Shown here: positions 50,299-61,250 of the stretch, one piece after another
Layout of the letters: the number at the start of each line of letters is the position of its first letter
How positions within the stretch are numbered: the stretch's first letter is position 1
Origin: an uncultured Arcobacteraceae bacterium
GTDB taxonomy: Bacteria > Campylobacterota > Campylobacteria > Campylobacterales > Arcobacteraceae
Direction: 5' to 3'
DNA length: 64,000 bases
Assembly (NCBI GenBank): GCA_964022095.1
Contig: CAXHZO010000002.1
Location: 64,001 to 128,000 of the forward strand
Translations under genes and position numbers: made by a program
The notes under the pieces: generated by a model
What the model saw: the letters and a program-made list of their open reading frames with translations, nothing else
Database searches by the model: none
Told to the model about the DNA's origin: nothing

Positions 50299-50619
50299 TC
50301 AATTTTTATTAAATACTTTGTTTTGGATTTTTTTATCAATATCTTCTTTATTATTTGACATTTCATAAATAAAAGTGAATATCTCTGCAACAGCTTTAAA
50401 CATACTTGGTGGAATCTCTTTATCTATATCTAGTTTTGAAAGTAATTCAACTAAATCTTCATCTTTTTTAATAGGGATATCATTCTCTTTTGCAATTTTT
50501 ATAATGTTATTTGCTGTTTCACCTTGACCTTTAGCCGTTATTGTAGGTGCATTGTCTTTTTCAATGTCATATTTAAGTGCAATTGCTTTTGAATCATTTA
50601 GTTTGTTTTTATTTTCCAT
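50299..50619 (-). CDS. FlhB C-terminal-like (FlhX/EscU-YscU-HrcU switch domain) protein
   Basis: KAIALKYD...APTITAKGQG..A..II..A, EIPPSMFKAVAEI. Confidence 0.92.
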   Translation of the reverse strand: MENKNKLNDSKAIALKYDIEKDNAPTITAKGQGETANNIIKIAKENDIPIKKDEDLVELLSKLDIDKEIPPSMFKAVAEIFTFIYEMSNNKEDIDKKIQNKVFNKN

Positions 50620-50620
50620 T

Positions 50621-52582
50621 TTAAACTCTTATATCAAATCCTAAGTCTATATTTTTTTCTTCACTATTTGTATAGACAGTTGTTTTACTACTTTTTTGTA
50701 ACTCATCTGTATTTTTTAAATCCAATAATCTAATATTAACTGGAATTAAATCTACTTTATTTAAGGCTTGTCTTAATTTAACCAAGTTCTCTTTTAATTT
50801 ATCTTTAAAATGTTCTCTTTGAGCTTGAATAGTTAAGTCAAGTTTATTATCATCATAAAGTGATAACATTAAGTCCAGTTTACCATGATCTTTTAACGTT
50901 AAGTTTATTTGACAGTAAAATTTATCTTCATCAGTTTTTTTCATATTAATAGTTCCATCTTCAAGCATTTCCCAAAAAAATGGAATATATACAAAATTAG
51001 AATTAGAGTTCAAAGAGTTTAGTTGGTGATAATCTATTTGAGTTAATAACCTCTCTGCTTGTTTTAATATATCTTGGCTATTTGGGTCTGTTTTCCCTGC
51101 TATTTCTTGTGTTAATTGTAATAATGCACCTTTCATATCATTATTCATTGAAGGGTTATTTTTTAGGATATTTGGGTTTGAGATTAAATCTTTAATTATT
51201 GTTTCTATTTTATTTATGTTTTTTTGTAGTTCATTTTGTATATTAAGATTTGATGGATTTGATTCACTCGAAGTAATACTTTCTTTTAAATTTAGTAATA
51301 AACTATTTATATTTGAGGCAAAATTACTTAGAAAGTTACTTTGAAGTAAGTTTTGAAAATTTTGAATTATAGGATTATTTGGAATTTCAATTTTTGAAAA
51401 TAGTGTCTGTAGATTATCAAGTTTTGATATTAATTGATTTAAGTTTGTTGTATCTAACCCTTTTATGTTTGAAAGTTCAACTCTCAAACTATCTACTGTT
51501 TGTTTTATATTTTCTAGAACTGTCGTTTTTTGCTCTGTAATATTTTGCAAGTTTAAAGTTTTTGATTCTAAAGTATTGATGTTTTCTACAATATTTTTTA
51601 TATTTAAAACAAGATTAGAGATATTTTGATTTGTGCTACTAAGATTTTTAAGTTCATTTGAATTTGCAAGGGAACTTAAAATATTTTTTGGTTCGATAAA
51701 GTTGCTATTTTTACTAAATATATCATTTGTATTTAATAGTTTATCAACTTGAGATAATAGATTTTTACTATTTTGCAAAGTGGGGTTTTGAGCAATTTCA
51801 TTTTTTATTTGTGTTAATAGATCTTTTGTTTGTGTATTTAATTGCTCTTTTATATTTGAACCTAATAGATTATTTTGGATTTTTGATTCTATTAGTGTTG
51901 AGTCTTTTATTATATTTTGAAGTTGGCTTGTTAGTTTATTCAAAGATTGTGTTTCATTTGAGCTTAAACTATTTGACAAATTTAAAAGATTATTTAAAAG
52001 AGATTTTAAGTTTACTAGTTGTTCATTTGGTTTTAAATTTGGATTTTGAAGTTTAGTTAAAAGTTCATTTATCACTTTAGTTTGTGGTGAGTCTATATTT
52101 TTTACTAAATTTTGAATTTGATTTAATAGATTATCTAAAGTTTTAGTATTCTGTAAAGTATTGTTTTGTCCTATTTTTGACTCTAAGAATACACCTGTTT
52201 TACTAATTTGTTCTTTTAAATTTGTTGCATCTAAATCTTTGATATCTTTAAAAAGATTTTGAATAGTACTTTGAAAATTTTTTAAGTTGTTGTTTGAATT
52301 GTTTTGCTCTAGTGTATTTAATAATGTTGATATATTTTTATTAAAACTGCCTAATTCTTTAAATACATTAGAGTTTTTTAGAATATTTTCAATATTTGAA
52401 TTATTGTTTTTACCATTTTTTAATTGTTCAAATAAGTTTTTTATTACATCATTTACGTTAGTTGATTTATTATTAATCATTTGCTCTAAAGTCTTTGTAT
52501 CTGCTTGTTTTAGCACATCTTTTAAAGCTTTATTATCATTTGGAAGTAAAATATTTAATAATGAATTATTTAAAACTTGCAT
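50621..52582 (-). CDS. fliK: Flagellar hook-length control protein FliK-like
   Basis: Long N/Q/L/S-rich region plus C-terminal FYCQINLTLKDHGKL domain ending FDIRV; next to flhX-like gene. ATG 52582 preferred over ORF-track 52615. Confidence 0.75.
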   Translation of the reverse strand: MQVLNNSLLNILLPNDNKALKDVLKQADTKTLEQMINNKSTNVNDVIKNLFEQLKNGKNNNSNIENILKNSNVFKELGSFNKNISTLLNTLEQNNSNNNLKNFQSTIQNLFKDIKDLDATNLKEQISKTGVFLESKIGQNNTLQNTKTLDNLLNQIQNLVKNIDSPQTKVINELLTKLQNPNLKPNEQLVNLKSLLNNLLNLSNSLSSNETQSLNKLTSQLQNIIKDSTLIESKIQNNLLGSNIKEQLNTQTKDLLTQIKNEIAQNPTLQNSKNLLSQVDKLLNTNDIFSKNSNFIEPKNILSSLANSNELKNLSSTNQNISNLVLNIKNIVENINTLESKTLNLQNITEQKTTVLENIKQTVDSLRVELSNIKGLDTTNLNQLISKLDNLQTLFSKIEIPNNPIIQNFQNLLQSNFLSNFASNINSLLLNLKESITSSESNPSNLNIQNELQKNINKIETIIKDLISNPNILKNNPSMNNDMKGALLQLTQEIAGKTDPNSQDILKQAERLLTQIDYHQLNSLNSNSNFVYIPFFWEMLEDGTINMKKTDEDKFYCQINLTLKDHGKLDLMLSLYDDNKLDLTIQAQREHFKDKLKENLVKLRQALNKVDLIPVNIRLLDLKNTDELQKSSKTTVYTNSEEKNIDLGFDIRV

Positions 52583-52666
52583 TTGAAGATTATAACATAA
52601 AATAGTACTTATCAATTATTTAAGAAGTTTTATGTAAAATTATTCATCACTTAAAAAGGTTTTTGA

Positions 52667-53041
52667 ATGATATTTGAAGTAGTTGTACCAATTGATGGTT
52701 TTGAAAAAGAAAAAGAGTTTAGTTTTGAAAAAGTAGATGATTTCTTTTCTATAATTACTGCACAAGAGTCGCAAAAACAACTAAGACTTATGAATTTTGG
52801 TGCTTTAAAATCACTTCCTTTTGAATTTCCAGAAGAGTTTGCTTCTAAATTGAATATAAATAGTTTAGATGATATCTCAATATTTTATATTTTTGTTCTT
52901 CAAACACAAACAAGTCAAAACACTTTAAATACATTCTCACCAATTATTTTAAATCATAAAAACAATAAAATGGGACAAATCCATTTAAATTTAGAAGAGT
53001 TAGGACTTGAGAGTCTAAATAATATACTCCCATCTTTTTAA
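52667..53041 (+). CDS. fliW: Flagellar assembly factor FliW-like
   Basis: PIDGFE, KVDDFF, TLNTFSPIILNHKNNKMGQI. Confidence 0.8.
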   Translation: MIFEVVVPIDGFEKEKEFSFEKVDDFFSIITAQESQKQLRLMNFGALKSLPFEFPEEFASKLNINSLDDISIFYIFVLQTQTSQNTLNTFSPIILNHKNNKMGQIHLNLEELGLESLNNILPSF

Positions 53042-53093
53042 TTATTATTTATCCAAAATTGGGTATCATATCTTAATTTTATTGGAGAAGTTT

Positions 53094-54044
53094 ATGAAAA
53101 AAGCAATTTTATTAGGTTTAGTTACATCATCTTTTTTATTTGCAAACGATTATTTACCTTTAAGTAAGATATCGAAAGACAAAAAGCTAGAGTATAATTT
53201 TATTACATTAGATAATACAATTATACAAGCAAGTGAAATTAATACGAAATCTTCTATTACATCAGATGGTTATGAAACTGTACAAGAGGCTGATATTGTT
53301 ATTCCTCAAAAAGTTGAAGAAAAAGTACAAGTAAAAGTAAAAAAGAAAATAGCTCAAAAAGTTATTGTAGAACCTGAAATTAAACAAGAAAAGATAAAAC
53401 CTAAAAAAACTGAACTTCCAAAACAAAGTAATCTTATATTAAAAGATGAAGTAAAATTAAATCCTGAGAAAACAAATGTTCAACTTCAAAGGGATTTATT
53501 TTTTACTGCTAAGATTACATTCTCTCCAGTTACTGCAGATTTATCAGGATTTGGTACATCATTATCAGATAAATCAAATGTATTTATTCCTGAAGCTAGA
53601 ATTGATATAAATGATCATAGTTTTACAGCAGAATATTTTACAAGTAAAAATGAATTTTCAGGAATTAATACAACTACAATTGAAACTCAAATCCAATGGT
53701 TCAAAGGTGGTTATAGATATAACATTGATAATTTAAGTATTGGTGCTGATTTAAACTATGCTGTTTTAGATGTTAACTCAGAAGAAGATTATAATGAGTT
53801 ATATCCATCATTAGAAATCGATATGAATCATAATATTGATAATATCAGTTTAAATTATGGTGCAGGTTTTGGTAAAAACAATAATATTGATTATTCATAT
53901 GATTATTTCTTAAATGTTGGAATCAAGCCTTATGCTCTTAGTGAGGCATCATTGGTAGCTGGATATAAAAATAGAACTATAAAAGATGAAGACACAAAAT
54001 TAGAGTTTAGTGGTCCTTATTTAGGAGTAAGCTCAACTTTCTAA
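53094..54044 (+). CDS. Putative outer membrane beta-barrel protein
   Basis: Signal peptide, Lys/Glu-rich linker, alternating beta strands, C-terminal EFSGPYLGVSSTF; ATG 53094 with SD GGAG. Confidence 0.65.
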   Translation: MKKAILLGLVTSSFLFANDYLPLSKISKDKKLEYNFITLDNTIIQASEINTKSSITSDGYETVQEADIVIPQKVEEKVQVKVKKKIAQKVIVEPEIKQEKIKPKKTELPKQSNLILKDEVKLNPEKTNVQLQRDLFFTAKITFSPVTADLSGFGTSLSDKSNVFIPEARIDINDHSFTAEYFTSKNEFSGINTTTIETQIQWFKGGYRYNIDNLSIGADLNYAVLDVNSEEDYNELYPSLEIDMNHNIDNISLNYGAGFGKNNNIDYSYDYFLNVGIKPYALSEASLVAGYKNRTIKDEDTKLEFSGPYLGVSSTF

Positions 54045-54125
54045 AATATTACACTTTGTAATATTTTATCCTATATAAAAAACTTTTTGATATAATATCT
54101 CAAATTTAAAATGAGGTATTATTTT

Positions 54126-54476
54126 ATGCAAGATATTCAAATATGGCATAATCCAAGATGTTCAAAATCAAGAAATGCATTAAATCTATTAGAAGAAAAA
54201 GGTATTAAAGCGCAAGTTGTGAAATATCTTGATGACACACCATCAAAACAACAAATAATAGATGTTCTTAAGATGTTAGGAATAAGTGCAAAAGAGCTAC
54301 TCAGAGAGAGTGAAAATGAGTATAAAACACTAAATCTAAAAGAACAAAATAATGAAGATATAATTATAGAAGCCATGGTAAATCATCCAAAACTAATACA
54401 AAGACCTATAATTATTAAAGATAAAAAAGCAGTTATTGCAAGACCTATTGAAAACTTAGAAAAGCTTCTTAACTAA
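54126..54476 (+). CDS. arsC: Arsenate reductase (glutaredoxin-type) ArsC/YfgD family protein
   Basis: HNPRCSKSR, YL..P, HPKLIQRPII; ATG 54126 with SD GAGG. Confidence 0.88.
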   Translation: MQDIQIWHNPRCSKSRNALNLLEEKGIKAQVVKYLDDTPSKQQIIDVLKMLGISAKELLRESENEYKTLNLKEQNNEDIIIEAMVNHPKLIQRPIIIKDKKAVIARPIENLEKLLN

Positions 54477-54832
54477 TGCAACATGAAAAACAATTAAGAA
54501 TAAGATATATAAGAGTATTAGATAAGTTTCTAACAAGAACTATGTCTTTACTAAAACTAGATAATTTCAATTATGAATTATTCAAAGAAAGAACTTTGAA
54601 AAATTATGCTGATATGAAAAAAGTTGATCCTGTGGATCTTCATTCTCCATACTACACACAGTTGAAAAACTTTATTGATAAAACCTTAATGTATGTGGAA
54701 AATCACTCAGATACTTTTGAAACAGAAAGATCAAACTTATTAAAAGATGCTAACTTATTGCAAAAAGAGAAAAAGAAAAACGCATATAGTAAAGATAAAC
54801 ACAAACATAAAAAATTTGATGATGGATATTAA
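54476..54832 (+). CDS. Hypothetical protein
   Basis: 118-aa ORF with TAATG coupling on both sides. Confidence 0.75.
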   Translation: MQHEKQLRIRYIRVLDKFLTRTMSLLKLDNFNYELFKERTLKNYADMKKVDPVDLHSPYYTQLKNFIDKTLMYVENHSDTFETERSNLLKDANLLQKEKKKNAYSKDKHKHKKFDDGY

Positions 54833-57138
54833 TGTCTGAGCAAGAGTATAAAACCTTTAAACTATCAGGTGTAATTAAAAAAGTACTTTATAAAAATGAT
54901 GAAAATAAGTATGTTATTGCTGTACTTGAAAATAATCAAAAAGTTTGTGGGACTTATTTTGATACTGATATTGAAAAAATAGTTGGGGAAGAGGTTATTT
55001 TAGTGGGTAATTGGACTACTCATAAAAAATATGGAGTTCAATTTGAATTTGATACTATTGAGCTAAAAGAAGCTGAACTTTTCTTTTTTTTAACAAAAAT
55101 AGTTAAGGGTGTTGGAAAAAAGTTTGCCCATGAGCTTTTAGAAAAGTACACAGAAGAGAAATTAATTGAAATATTAAATAACAATCCCGATGAATTATTA
55201 GATTTTAAAGGTATTAAACAAAAAAAGTTAGAAAAAATAGTTACTTCTTGGCAAAAGTTTAAACACTTAAGAGAACTTGGTTCTTTTTTGGCAAAATATG
55301 GTGTTACTTCAAATCTAATTACAAAAATATACTCATCACTTGGTGAAGTTGATAACTTGATAGATAAGATAAAAGATAATCCATATATTTTAATAAATAT
55401 TAGAGGCATAGGATTTAAAAAAGCTGACGAAATAGCAAAAGCTTTAGGAATTGATCCTAGAAGTGAATTTAGAATTATGGCTTGTTTAAATTATACTTTA
55501 AGGGAATTTTGTGATAACAATGGAAACTCTTCAATAGACAAATATCATTTATACAAGCTATTAGATGAATCTTTGAGATTTAGTGATGAAGAAGCACTTT
55601 ATGAACAAGCAGTTTCAAAAATGCTTGTTGATGAAGAACTTTTTGTTACAAGTGAAAATAGATATGCTCTTTCTATGCTTTATTATGCAGAGAAAAATAT
55701 ATTGGATTTTTTTATAAGACGTGCAAATGAAAAAAATAGAATCATAACTGCTAATTTTGATGATTATGTTCAAAAAAAAGAAAAAACTTTAGGTTTTGAT
55801 TTAAGTGTTGAACAAAAACAAGCAGTTGAGTTAATTAATGATGGTCATAAAACACTGTTTTTGATTGGTTATGCAGGAACTGGTAAGTCAACTTCAAGTA
55901 GGGCAATACTTGAACTTCTTGAAGAGGTAGTATCTTATGATGATATTATGACTATTGCATTAAGTGGAATAGCCAGTCAAAGAATTGCTGATACTACTGG
56001 ATACAGCTCTTCTACTATTCAATCTCTTTTAGTAAAACATAAAGAAAAAGACTTTTTCCCTTATAAGGTTATTTTATTAGATGAAGCTTCAATGGTAAAT
56101 TCTGTAACTTTTTATCAAATTATTTCAAAAATAGATGATGATACAGTTTTTATAATTGTAGGAGATGATGGACAATTACCAGCAATTGGAGCTGGTAATA
56201 TTCTTGCTGATTCTATAAAGTATGAATTAGCTCCAATTTGTAAACTTACAAAGATTTATAGACAAAATGAAAATCAAGCAATTGCTGTAATTGCAAATGA
56301 TATTAGAAAAGGTGAGCTACCTGAATATAAAGAGCAGTATGAAGATTTTAAGTTTGTAGATGTCTCTATTGCAAATTATTATTCACAAAAAAACTCTATT
56401 GCACCCACTGATTTTTCAGATATTAGAAGTGAAAATAGTGAATTAATTTTAAATAATATTCTAAATATTTCAGCTGGGTATATTCAAGAGTATTATGATT
56501 TTATAAAAAGTAAAGATATCTCAAAAGCACTGATTTTATTCCAAGTTATTACACCTATGAAAGGTGGATTATTAGGAGTTGATAACTTAAATATGCAGCT
56601 TCAAAAACTTTTTAACCACTCAAAAGGTAAGGCTTATAAAACAAAACTTTATGAGTTTAAAATTTCTGATAAAGTTATACATATAAAAAATGAAAATATG
56701 AAAGCCCAAACTATGAGTATGTACAAAAGTGGCTCTACAGATTTTTTAGAAAGAAGAGTTTATAATGGTCAATTAGGTTTGATTATTAAGTTAGATTTTG
56801 ATGAAGAAAAGTGTATTGTTTTATATCCAAATGACGATATGGTAGTGTTTTATGATTTTGATTCTTTATCAAACCTTTTATCACTTGCATATTGTTTAAC
56901 TATTCATAAAACTCAAGGAATGGAGTATGAACATGCATTAATTCCTATGAGTTTTTCTCACTATATTATGCATAATACTAAGCTACTTTATACTGCAATT
57001 ACAAGGGCGAAAAGAATGTGTTTTATTGTTGGTGAAGAAGAAGCTTTTAAAAGTGCTTGTAAAAAACTAGAAATAACTATAAGAGAGTCTGTAATCAATG
57101 ATTTAATGACTAATATTCAAGCAAAAAAAAATAATTAA
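54832..57138 (+). CDS. recD2: RecD2-like SF1B DNA helicase
   Basis: HKKYGVQF, GIGFKKAD (HhH), GYAGTGKS, DEASMV, VGDDGQL, AYCLTIHKTQGMEY, LYTAITRAK. Confidence 0.93.
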   Translation: MSEQEYKTFKLSGVIKKVLYKNDENKYVIAVLENNQKVCGTYFDTDIEKIVGEEVILVGNWTTHKKYGVQFEFDTIELKEAELFFFLTKIVKGVGKKFAHELLEKYTEEKLIEILNNNPDELLDFKGIKQKKLEKIVTSWQKFKHLRELGSFLAKYGVTSNLITKIYSSLGEVDNLIDKIKDNPYILINIRGIGFKKADEIAKALGIDPRSEFRIMACLNYTLREFCDNNGNSSIDKYHLYKLLDESLRFSDEEALYEQAVSKMLVDEELFVTSENRYALSMLYYAEKNILDFFIRRANEKNRIITANFDDYVQKKEKTLGFDLSVEQKQAVELINDGHKTLFLIGYAGTGKSTSSRAILELLEEVVSYDDIMTIALSGIASQRIADTTGYSSSTIQSLLVKHKEKDFFPYKVILLDEASMVNSVTFYQIISKIDDDTVFIIVGDDGQLPAIGAGNILADSIKYELAPICKLTKIYRQNENQAIAVIANDIRKGELPEYKEQYEDFKFVDVSIANYYSQKNSIAPTDFSDIRSENSELILNNILNISAGYIQEYYDFIKSKDISKALILFQVITPMKGGLLGVDNLNMQLQKLFNHSKGKAYKTKLYEFKISDKVIHIKNENMKAQTMSMYKSGSTDFLERRVYNGQLGLIIKLDFDEEKCIVLYPNDDMVVFYDFDSLSNLLSLAYCLTIHKTQGMEYEHALIPMSFSHYIMHNTKLLYTAITRAKRMCFIVGEEEAFKSACKKLEITIRESVINDLMTNIQAKKNN

Positions 57139-57211
57139 TTCCTCTTCATTTAACTAAGATAAAAGCAACTATTAAGTAATATATCTAAAATTTTTAAGAG
57201 GGTATTATTTT

Positions 57212-58675
57212 ATGATAAGCTGGATGCAAAGACACAAAAAGTGGCTAGTAATAACAATTTGGATTAGTACAATAGCGTTCGTTGGAGCAGGATTTGTAGG
57301 TTGGGGTTCTTATGACTATGGAAAACAAGGTGGCGTAGTAGCTGTTGTTGGAGATAGAGAAATATCTGTTGAAGAGTATCAAGAAGAGTATTCAAATATT
57401 TATGATCAGTATGCAAGAACATTTGGTTCAATGTTTAACCAAGAGATGGCTGATAAAATGAATTTAAAAGATGTAGCATACAACCAAGCAATTCAAAAAA
57501 ACTTAATTTTATCATATGCAGATAGATTAGGTTTAGATGTTACAAATGAAGATATTGCAAAACAGTTAGTAAAATATAATGCATTTTTAAAAGATGGAAA
57601 ATTTGATAAAGATACTTATGTAAAAGTATTAGCTCAAAATAGAACAACTCCTGCTAAATTTGAAGATGGTCTAAAAAGAGGTATCTTATTACAAAAAGTT
57701 CAAGCTTTATTTGAAGTAGAACCAACAAAAGTTGAAATTGAAAACTTAAGTAAAGTTTTATTTATTGAAGATGATATTGAGTATAAAGTAGTTTTTACAA
57801 AAGATATCAATGTTGAAATAAATGAAGAAGAGCTAAAGAAATACTGGTCTGAGCATAAAAACTCTTATATGTCTGAGCGATCATATGATTTATTAGTTGC
57901 AACTGTTCCTTTAGAATCATCTAACCCAAGTGATGAAGATATAAAATCTCACTATGACAAATTTAAATTAGATTACAAGAAAGAAGATGGAAAAATTAAA
58001 TCTTTAGAAGAAGCAAAAGATGAAATTATCAAATCTTTAGACGCAAAAGCAACAAAAACTAAAGCCTTAAAAGAGTACTTAAACTACAAAAAAGGTGAAT
58101 CAACACTTTCAACTACTGCTTCTTTCTTAGAATCAAAGTTACCTTATGGTGCTGAAAACAATACAAGAATTACTCAAGCTAAACAAGGTGATTTAATCAA
58201 ACCATTCTTAGTTGATGGTGAATATATTATCTCAAAAGTTGTTAAGACAGTTGGGCCAAAGCCATTAAGCTTTGAAGATGCAAAAGCATCTGCAACTAAT
58301 GATTATTTAGTAGTTTTAAAAGCAAACAAGCTTGATGAGTTAACTAAAGAGCAAGTAAAAACATTTAAAGGTAAAGTAGCTAAATCAATCACAAGAGAAT
58401 CTATTGATAAAATTGATTTAGATGAAGCTAAATCAGCTCAATTTTTATCTCAACTATTTGCTGCAACTTCAAAAGAGGGTGTGATTAAATTTGATGATAG
58501 TGCAGTTTTATATAGAATTTTAGATTCTAGATTAGGAAAATACGATACATCAAAAGATGATTTAGTAAAACAAACATTAGTTCAGATGCAAGATCAAGAA
58601 TTAATGACAAATTTAATTAAGAGATTAGAAGATAGATTTGAAATACAATCATCAATTCAAACAAAGGATCAATAA
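57212..58675 (+). CDS. ppiD: PpiD-like membrane-anchored periplasmic chaperone (SurA N-terminal domain)
   Basis: MISWMQRHKKWLVITIWISTIAFVGAGFVGWG N-terminus typical of Campylobacterota; upstream of ftsA. Confidence 0.88.
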   Translation: MISWMQRHKKWLVITIWISTIAFVGAGFVGWGSYDYGKQGGVVAVVGDREISVEEYQEEYSNIYDQYARTFGSMFNQEMADKMNLKDVAYNQAIQKNLILSYADRLGLDVTNEDIAKQLVKYNAFLKDGKFDKDTYVKVLAQNRTTPAKFEDGLKRGILLQKVQALFEVEPTKVEIENLSKVLFIEDDIEYKVVFTKDINVEINEEELKKYWSEHKNSYMSERSYDLLVATVPLESSNPSDEDIKSHYDKFKLDYKKEDGKIKSLEEAKDEIIKSLDAKATKTKALKEYLNYKKGESTLSTTASFLESKLPYGAENNTRITQAKQGDLIKPFLVDGEYIISKVVKTVGPKPLSFEDAKASATNDYLVVLKANKLDELTKEQVKTFKGKVAKSITRESIDKIDLDEAKSAQFLSQLFAATSKEGVIKFDDSAVLYRILDSRLGKYDTSKDDLVKQTLVQMQDQELMTNLIKRLEDRFEIQSSIQTKDQ

Positions 58676-60079
58676 TTGAATAATACTTTATTAGCTATTG
58701 ATATAGGTTCAGCTTTTATTCATGCTGTTATTGCAAAGCATGATTTAGAAAATAATATTAATATCTTAGGTACTGGAACTCAAAAAAGTACTGGAGTAAA
58801 CAAAGGTTTAATAGTAGATATTGAAGAAGCATCAAAGACTATTAAAAGTGCAGTTTCTTTAGCCAAAAAAAGTACTACTGAACAAATTGATAATTGTGTA
58901 GTATCAATTTCTGGTAGTTATTCAAAAAGTTTAAGAAGCTCAGGTTCTGTAAATGTACCAAATGGCTTAATTACTGAAACAGAAATAAACCAAGTAATGC
59001 AAATGGCACTATATAATGCTACTATAGTTCCTGAGTATGAAGTAGTACACGTAATACCAATTTATTTTAAAGTTGATGATTCAGTTGAAGTGGATAACCC
59101 TTTAAATATGAATGGTTCTAGATTAGAAGTTTCAGTTTTTATTGTAACTGCTAAAAGAACTGCATTAACAAATATTAAATCAGCACTAAACGTAGCTGGG
59201 TTTGATATGGTTAAATTTGTTTTAGATGGATATGCTTCAGCAATTGCAGTATTAGATGACCAACAAAAGAAGTTTGGTTCAACTGTAATTAACATGGGTT
59301 CAACTACAACTGAATTTATTACATATAAAGCTAGTTCGTTAGTTCATAATGGATTTGTTCCTGTTGGTTCAAATCACATTACAAATGACTTATCTGTAAT
59401 GCTTCACACACCTCCTGGTGCTGCAGAGAAAATAAAACTTGAATATGGTTCTATTACAAAAGATTACACTCCAAATAATGAACTTGGTATTACTAAAGTT
59501 AAAATACCAAGAATAGGTGATGAAGAGACAACTTCTGAAGTTGCCCTTGATTATATTCAAACTATTATTCATGCAAGAGTTGAAGAGGATTTAGTATTAG
59601 TTAAAAACCAACTAAAGAAAAGTGGTATTTTAGATAATATTGGTTCTGGTATTGTAATAACAGGAGGATTAAGTAATCTTGATGGTATAAAAAAACTTGC
59701 AGAAAAAGTTTTTGATGGTATACCTATTAGTCTTTCAATGCCTAGAAATATAAAAAATGGGTTTATTAATTTTGATGAGCCTAGCTTATCAACTATTATG
59801 GGATTATTACTTTATTCTTTAGGTACAAATAGAAGCTATCAATTAGATTCAAGTAAAAAGCTTGTTAAACCTATCAAAAAAGAAGTTTATAAAGAGCAAA
59901 GAGTTGAGACTTCTAATTTAAATAATCAACAATCAGGACAAGCACAAGCAAAACAATCTTCACCTTCTCAAAAAGAAGATTTTGAAATAAAAGACAATTC
60001 AACAGTATTAACTCCTTTAAATAAAGAGAAGAAAAAAGGCGTTTCAAGATTCTGGAATAAAGTATCGGAGTGGTTTTAA
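58676..60079 (+). CDS. ftsA: Cell division protein FtsA
   Basis: AIDIGS, HITNDL, AEKIK, GIVITGG, C-terminal amphipathic FWNKVSEWF; TTG start. Confidence 0.97.
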   Translation: MNNTLLAIDIGSAFIHAVIAKHDLENNINILGTGTQKSTGVNKGLIVDIEEASKTIKSAVSLAKKSTTEQIDNCVVSISGSYSKSLRSSGSVNVPNGLITETEINQVMQMALYNATIVPEYEVVHVIPIYFKVDDSVEVDNPLNMNGSRLEVSVFIVTAKRTALTNIKSALNVAGFDMVKFVLDGYASAIAVLDDQQKKFGSTVINMGSTTTEFITYKASSLVHNGFVPVGSNHITNDLSVMLHTPPGAAEKIKLEYGSITKDYTPNNELGITKVKIPRIGDEETTSEVALDYIQTIIHARVEEDLVLVKNQLKKSGILDNIGSGIVITGGLSNLDGIKKLAEKVFDGIPISLSMPRNIKNGFINFDEPSLSTIMGLLLYSLGTNRSYQLDSSKKLVKPIKKEVYKEQRVETSNLNNQQSGQAQAKQSSPSQKEDFEIKDNSTVLTPLNKEKKKGVSRFWNKVSEWF

Positions 60080-61245
60080 TGGATGATTTATTTAATGTAG
60101 ATGATATAAAAGTTGATATGCCAAATAAGGTTTTATCTGATAATGTAGCTAAAATCTCTGTAATTGGAGTAGGTGGTGGTGGTTGTAATATGATTAACCA
60201 CATGATTAATGAAGGTTCTCATAAAATTGATTTAATTGCTGCAAATACAGATTTACAAGTTCTAAATATTTCAAAAGCACCAAAAAAGATTCAACTTGGA
60301 GTTAAACTTACTAAAGGTTTAGGTGCAGGAATGAAGCCAGAAATTGGTAGAGATTCTGCAGTTGAGTCTTTTGAAGAAATCAAAGGTATTTTAAAAGGTG
60401 CTGATATTGTATTTATTGCTGCTGGACTTGGTGGAGGAACTGGAACTGGGGCTGCTGCTATTATTGCAAAAGCAGCAAAAGAGATCGGCGCACTTACTGT
60501 TTCAGTTGTTACTAAACCATTTACTTGGGAAGGTAAAAAAAGAGCTGGATTAGCAAACTTAGGATTAGAAGAATTAAAAAAAGTTAGTGATTCAATTATT
60601 GTTGTTCCAAATGATAGATTATTAGAAATTATTGATGAAAATGTTGGTATGAAAGACGCCTTTAAAATCATTGATAATATTCTATATCAAGCTGTTAATG
60701 GTATGTCAGAAGTTATTTTAAATCCAGGTAATTCTGATATTAATACTGACTTTGCTGATGTAAAAACTATTATGCAGCACAGAGGTATGGCATTAATGGG
60801 TATTGGTAGAGCAAAAGGTGAAGAAGCCGCTCAAAGAGCTTTAGAAGATGCTATTGATTCTCCATTACTTGATAAAGTGTCATTAAATGGTGCAAAAGGT
60901 ATTTTAATTCACTTTAATATTCATCCACAAGTTTCACTATTTGCTATTAACAGTGTTATGGGTTCTATTAATGATAGAATGGATTCTAATGCTGAGATTA
61001 TCTTTGGTACAACTTCAGATAGCACTTTAGAAAAAGATGAAGTAAAAATTACAATTGTTGCAACAGGTTTTGAAACTAAAAACGAAGAGTTTGAAGATGA
61101 AGGTGAAGAAAGCGAAGAAAAAACTTCAGTAAAGTCTGATAATGAAAATCATTTAGATGTACCACCTTTAATGAGAGATTATGTTGTTCAATATCATGTT
61201 GTTCCCACTCAACAACATTCTCAACCTCAAATAATTCAAGAATAA
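60079..61245 (+). CDS. ftsZ: Cell division protein FtsZ
   Basis: GVGGGGCN, GLGAG, GGGTGTG, NTDFADV; ATG 60079 overlaps the ftsA stop (TAATG). Confidence 0.99.
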   Translation: MDDLFNVDDIKVDMPNKVLSDNVAKISVIGVGGGGCNMINHMINEGSHKIDLIAANTDLQVLNISKAPKKIQLGVKLTKGLGAGMKPEIGRDSAVESFEEIKGILKGADIVFIAAGLGGGTGTGAAAIIAKAAKEIGALTVSVVTKPFTWEGKKRAGLANLGLEELKKVSDSIIVVPNDRLLEIIDENVGMKDAFKIIDNILYQAVNGMSEVILNPGNSDINTDFADVKTIMQHRGMALMGIGRAKGEEAAQRALEDAIDSPLLDKVSLNGAKGILIHFNIHPQVSLFAINSVMGSINDRMDSNAEIIFGTTSDSTLEKDEVKITIVATGFETKNEEFEDEGEESEEKTSVKSDNENHLDVPPLMRDYVVQYHVVPTQQHSQPQIIQE

Positions 61246-61250
61246 AGAGA

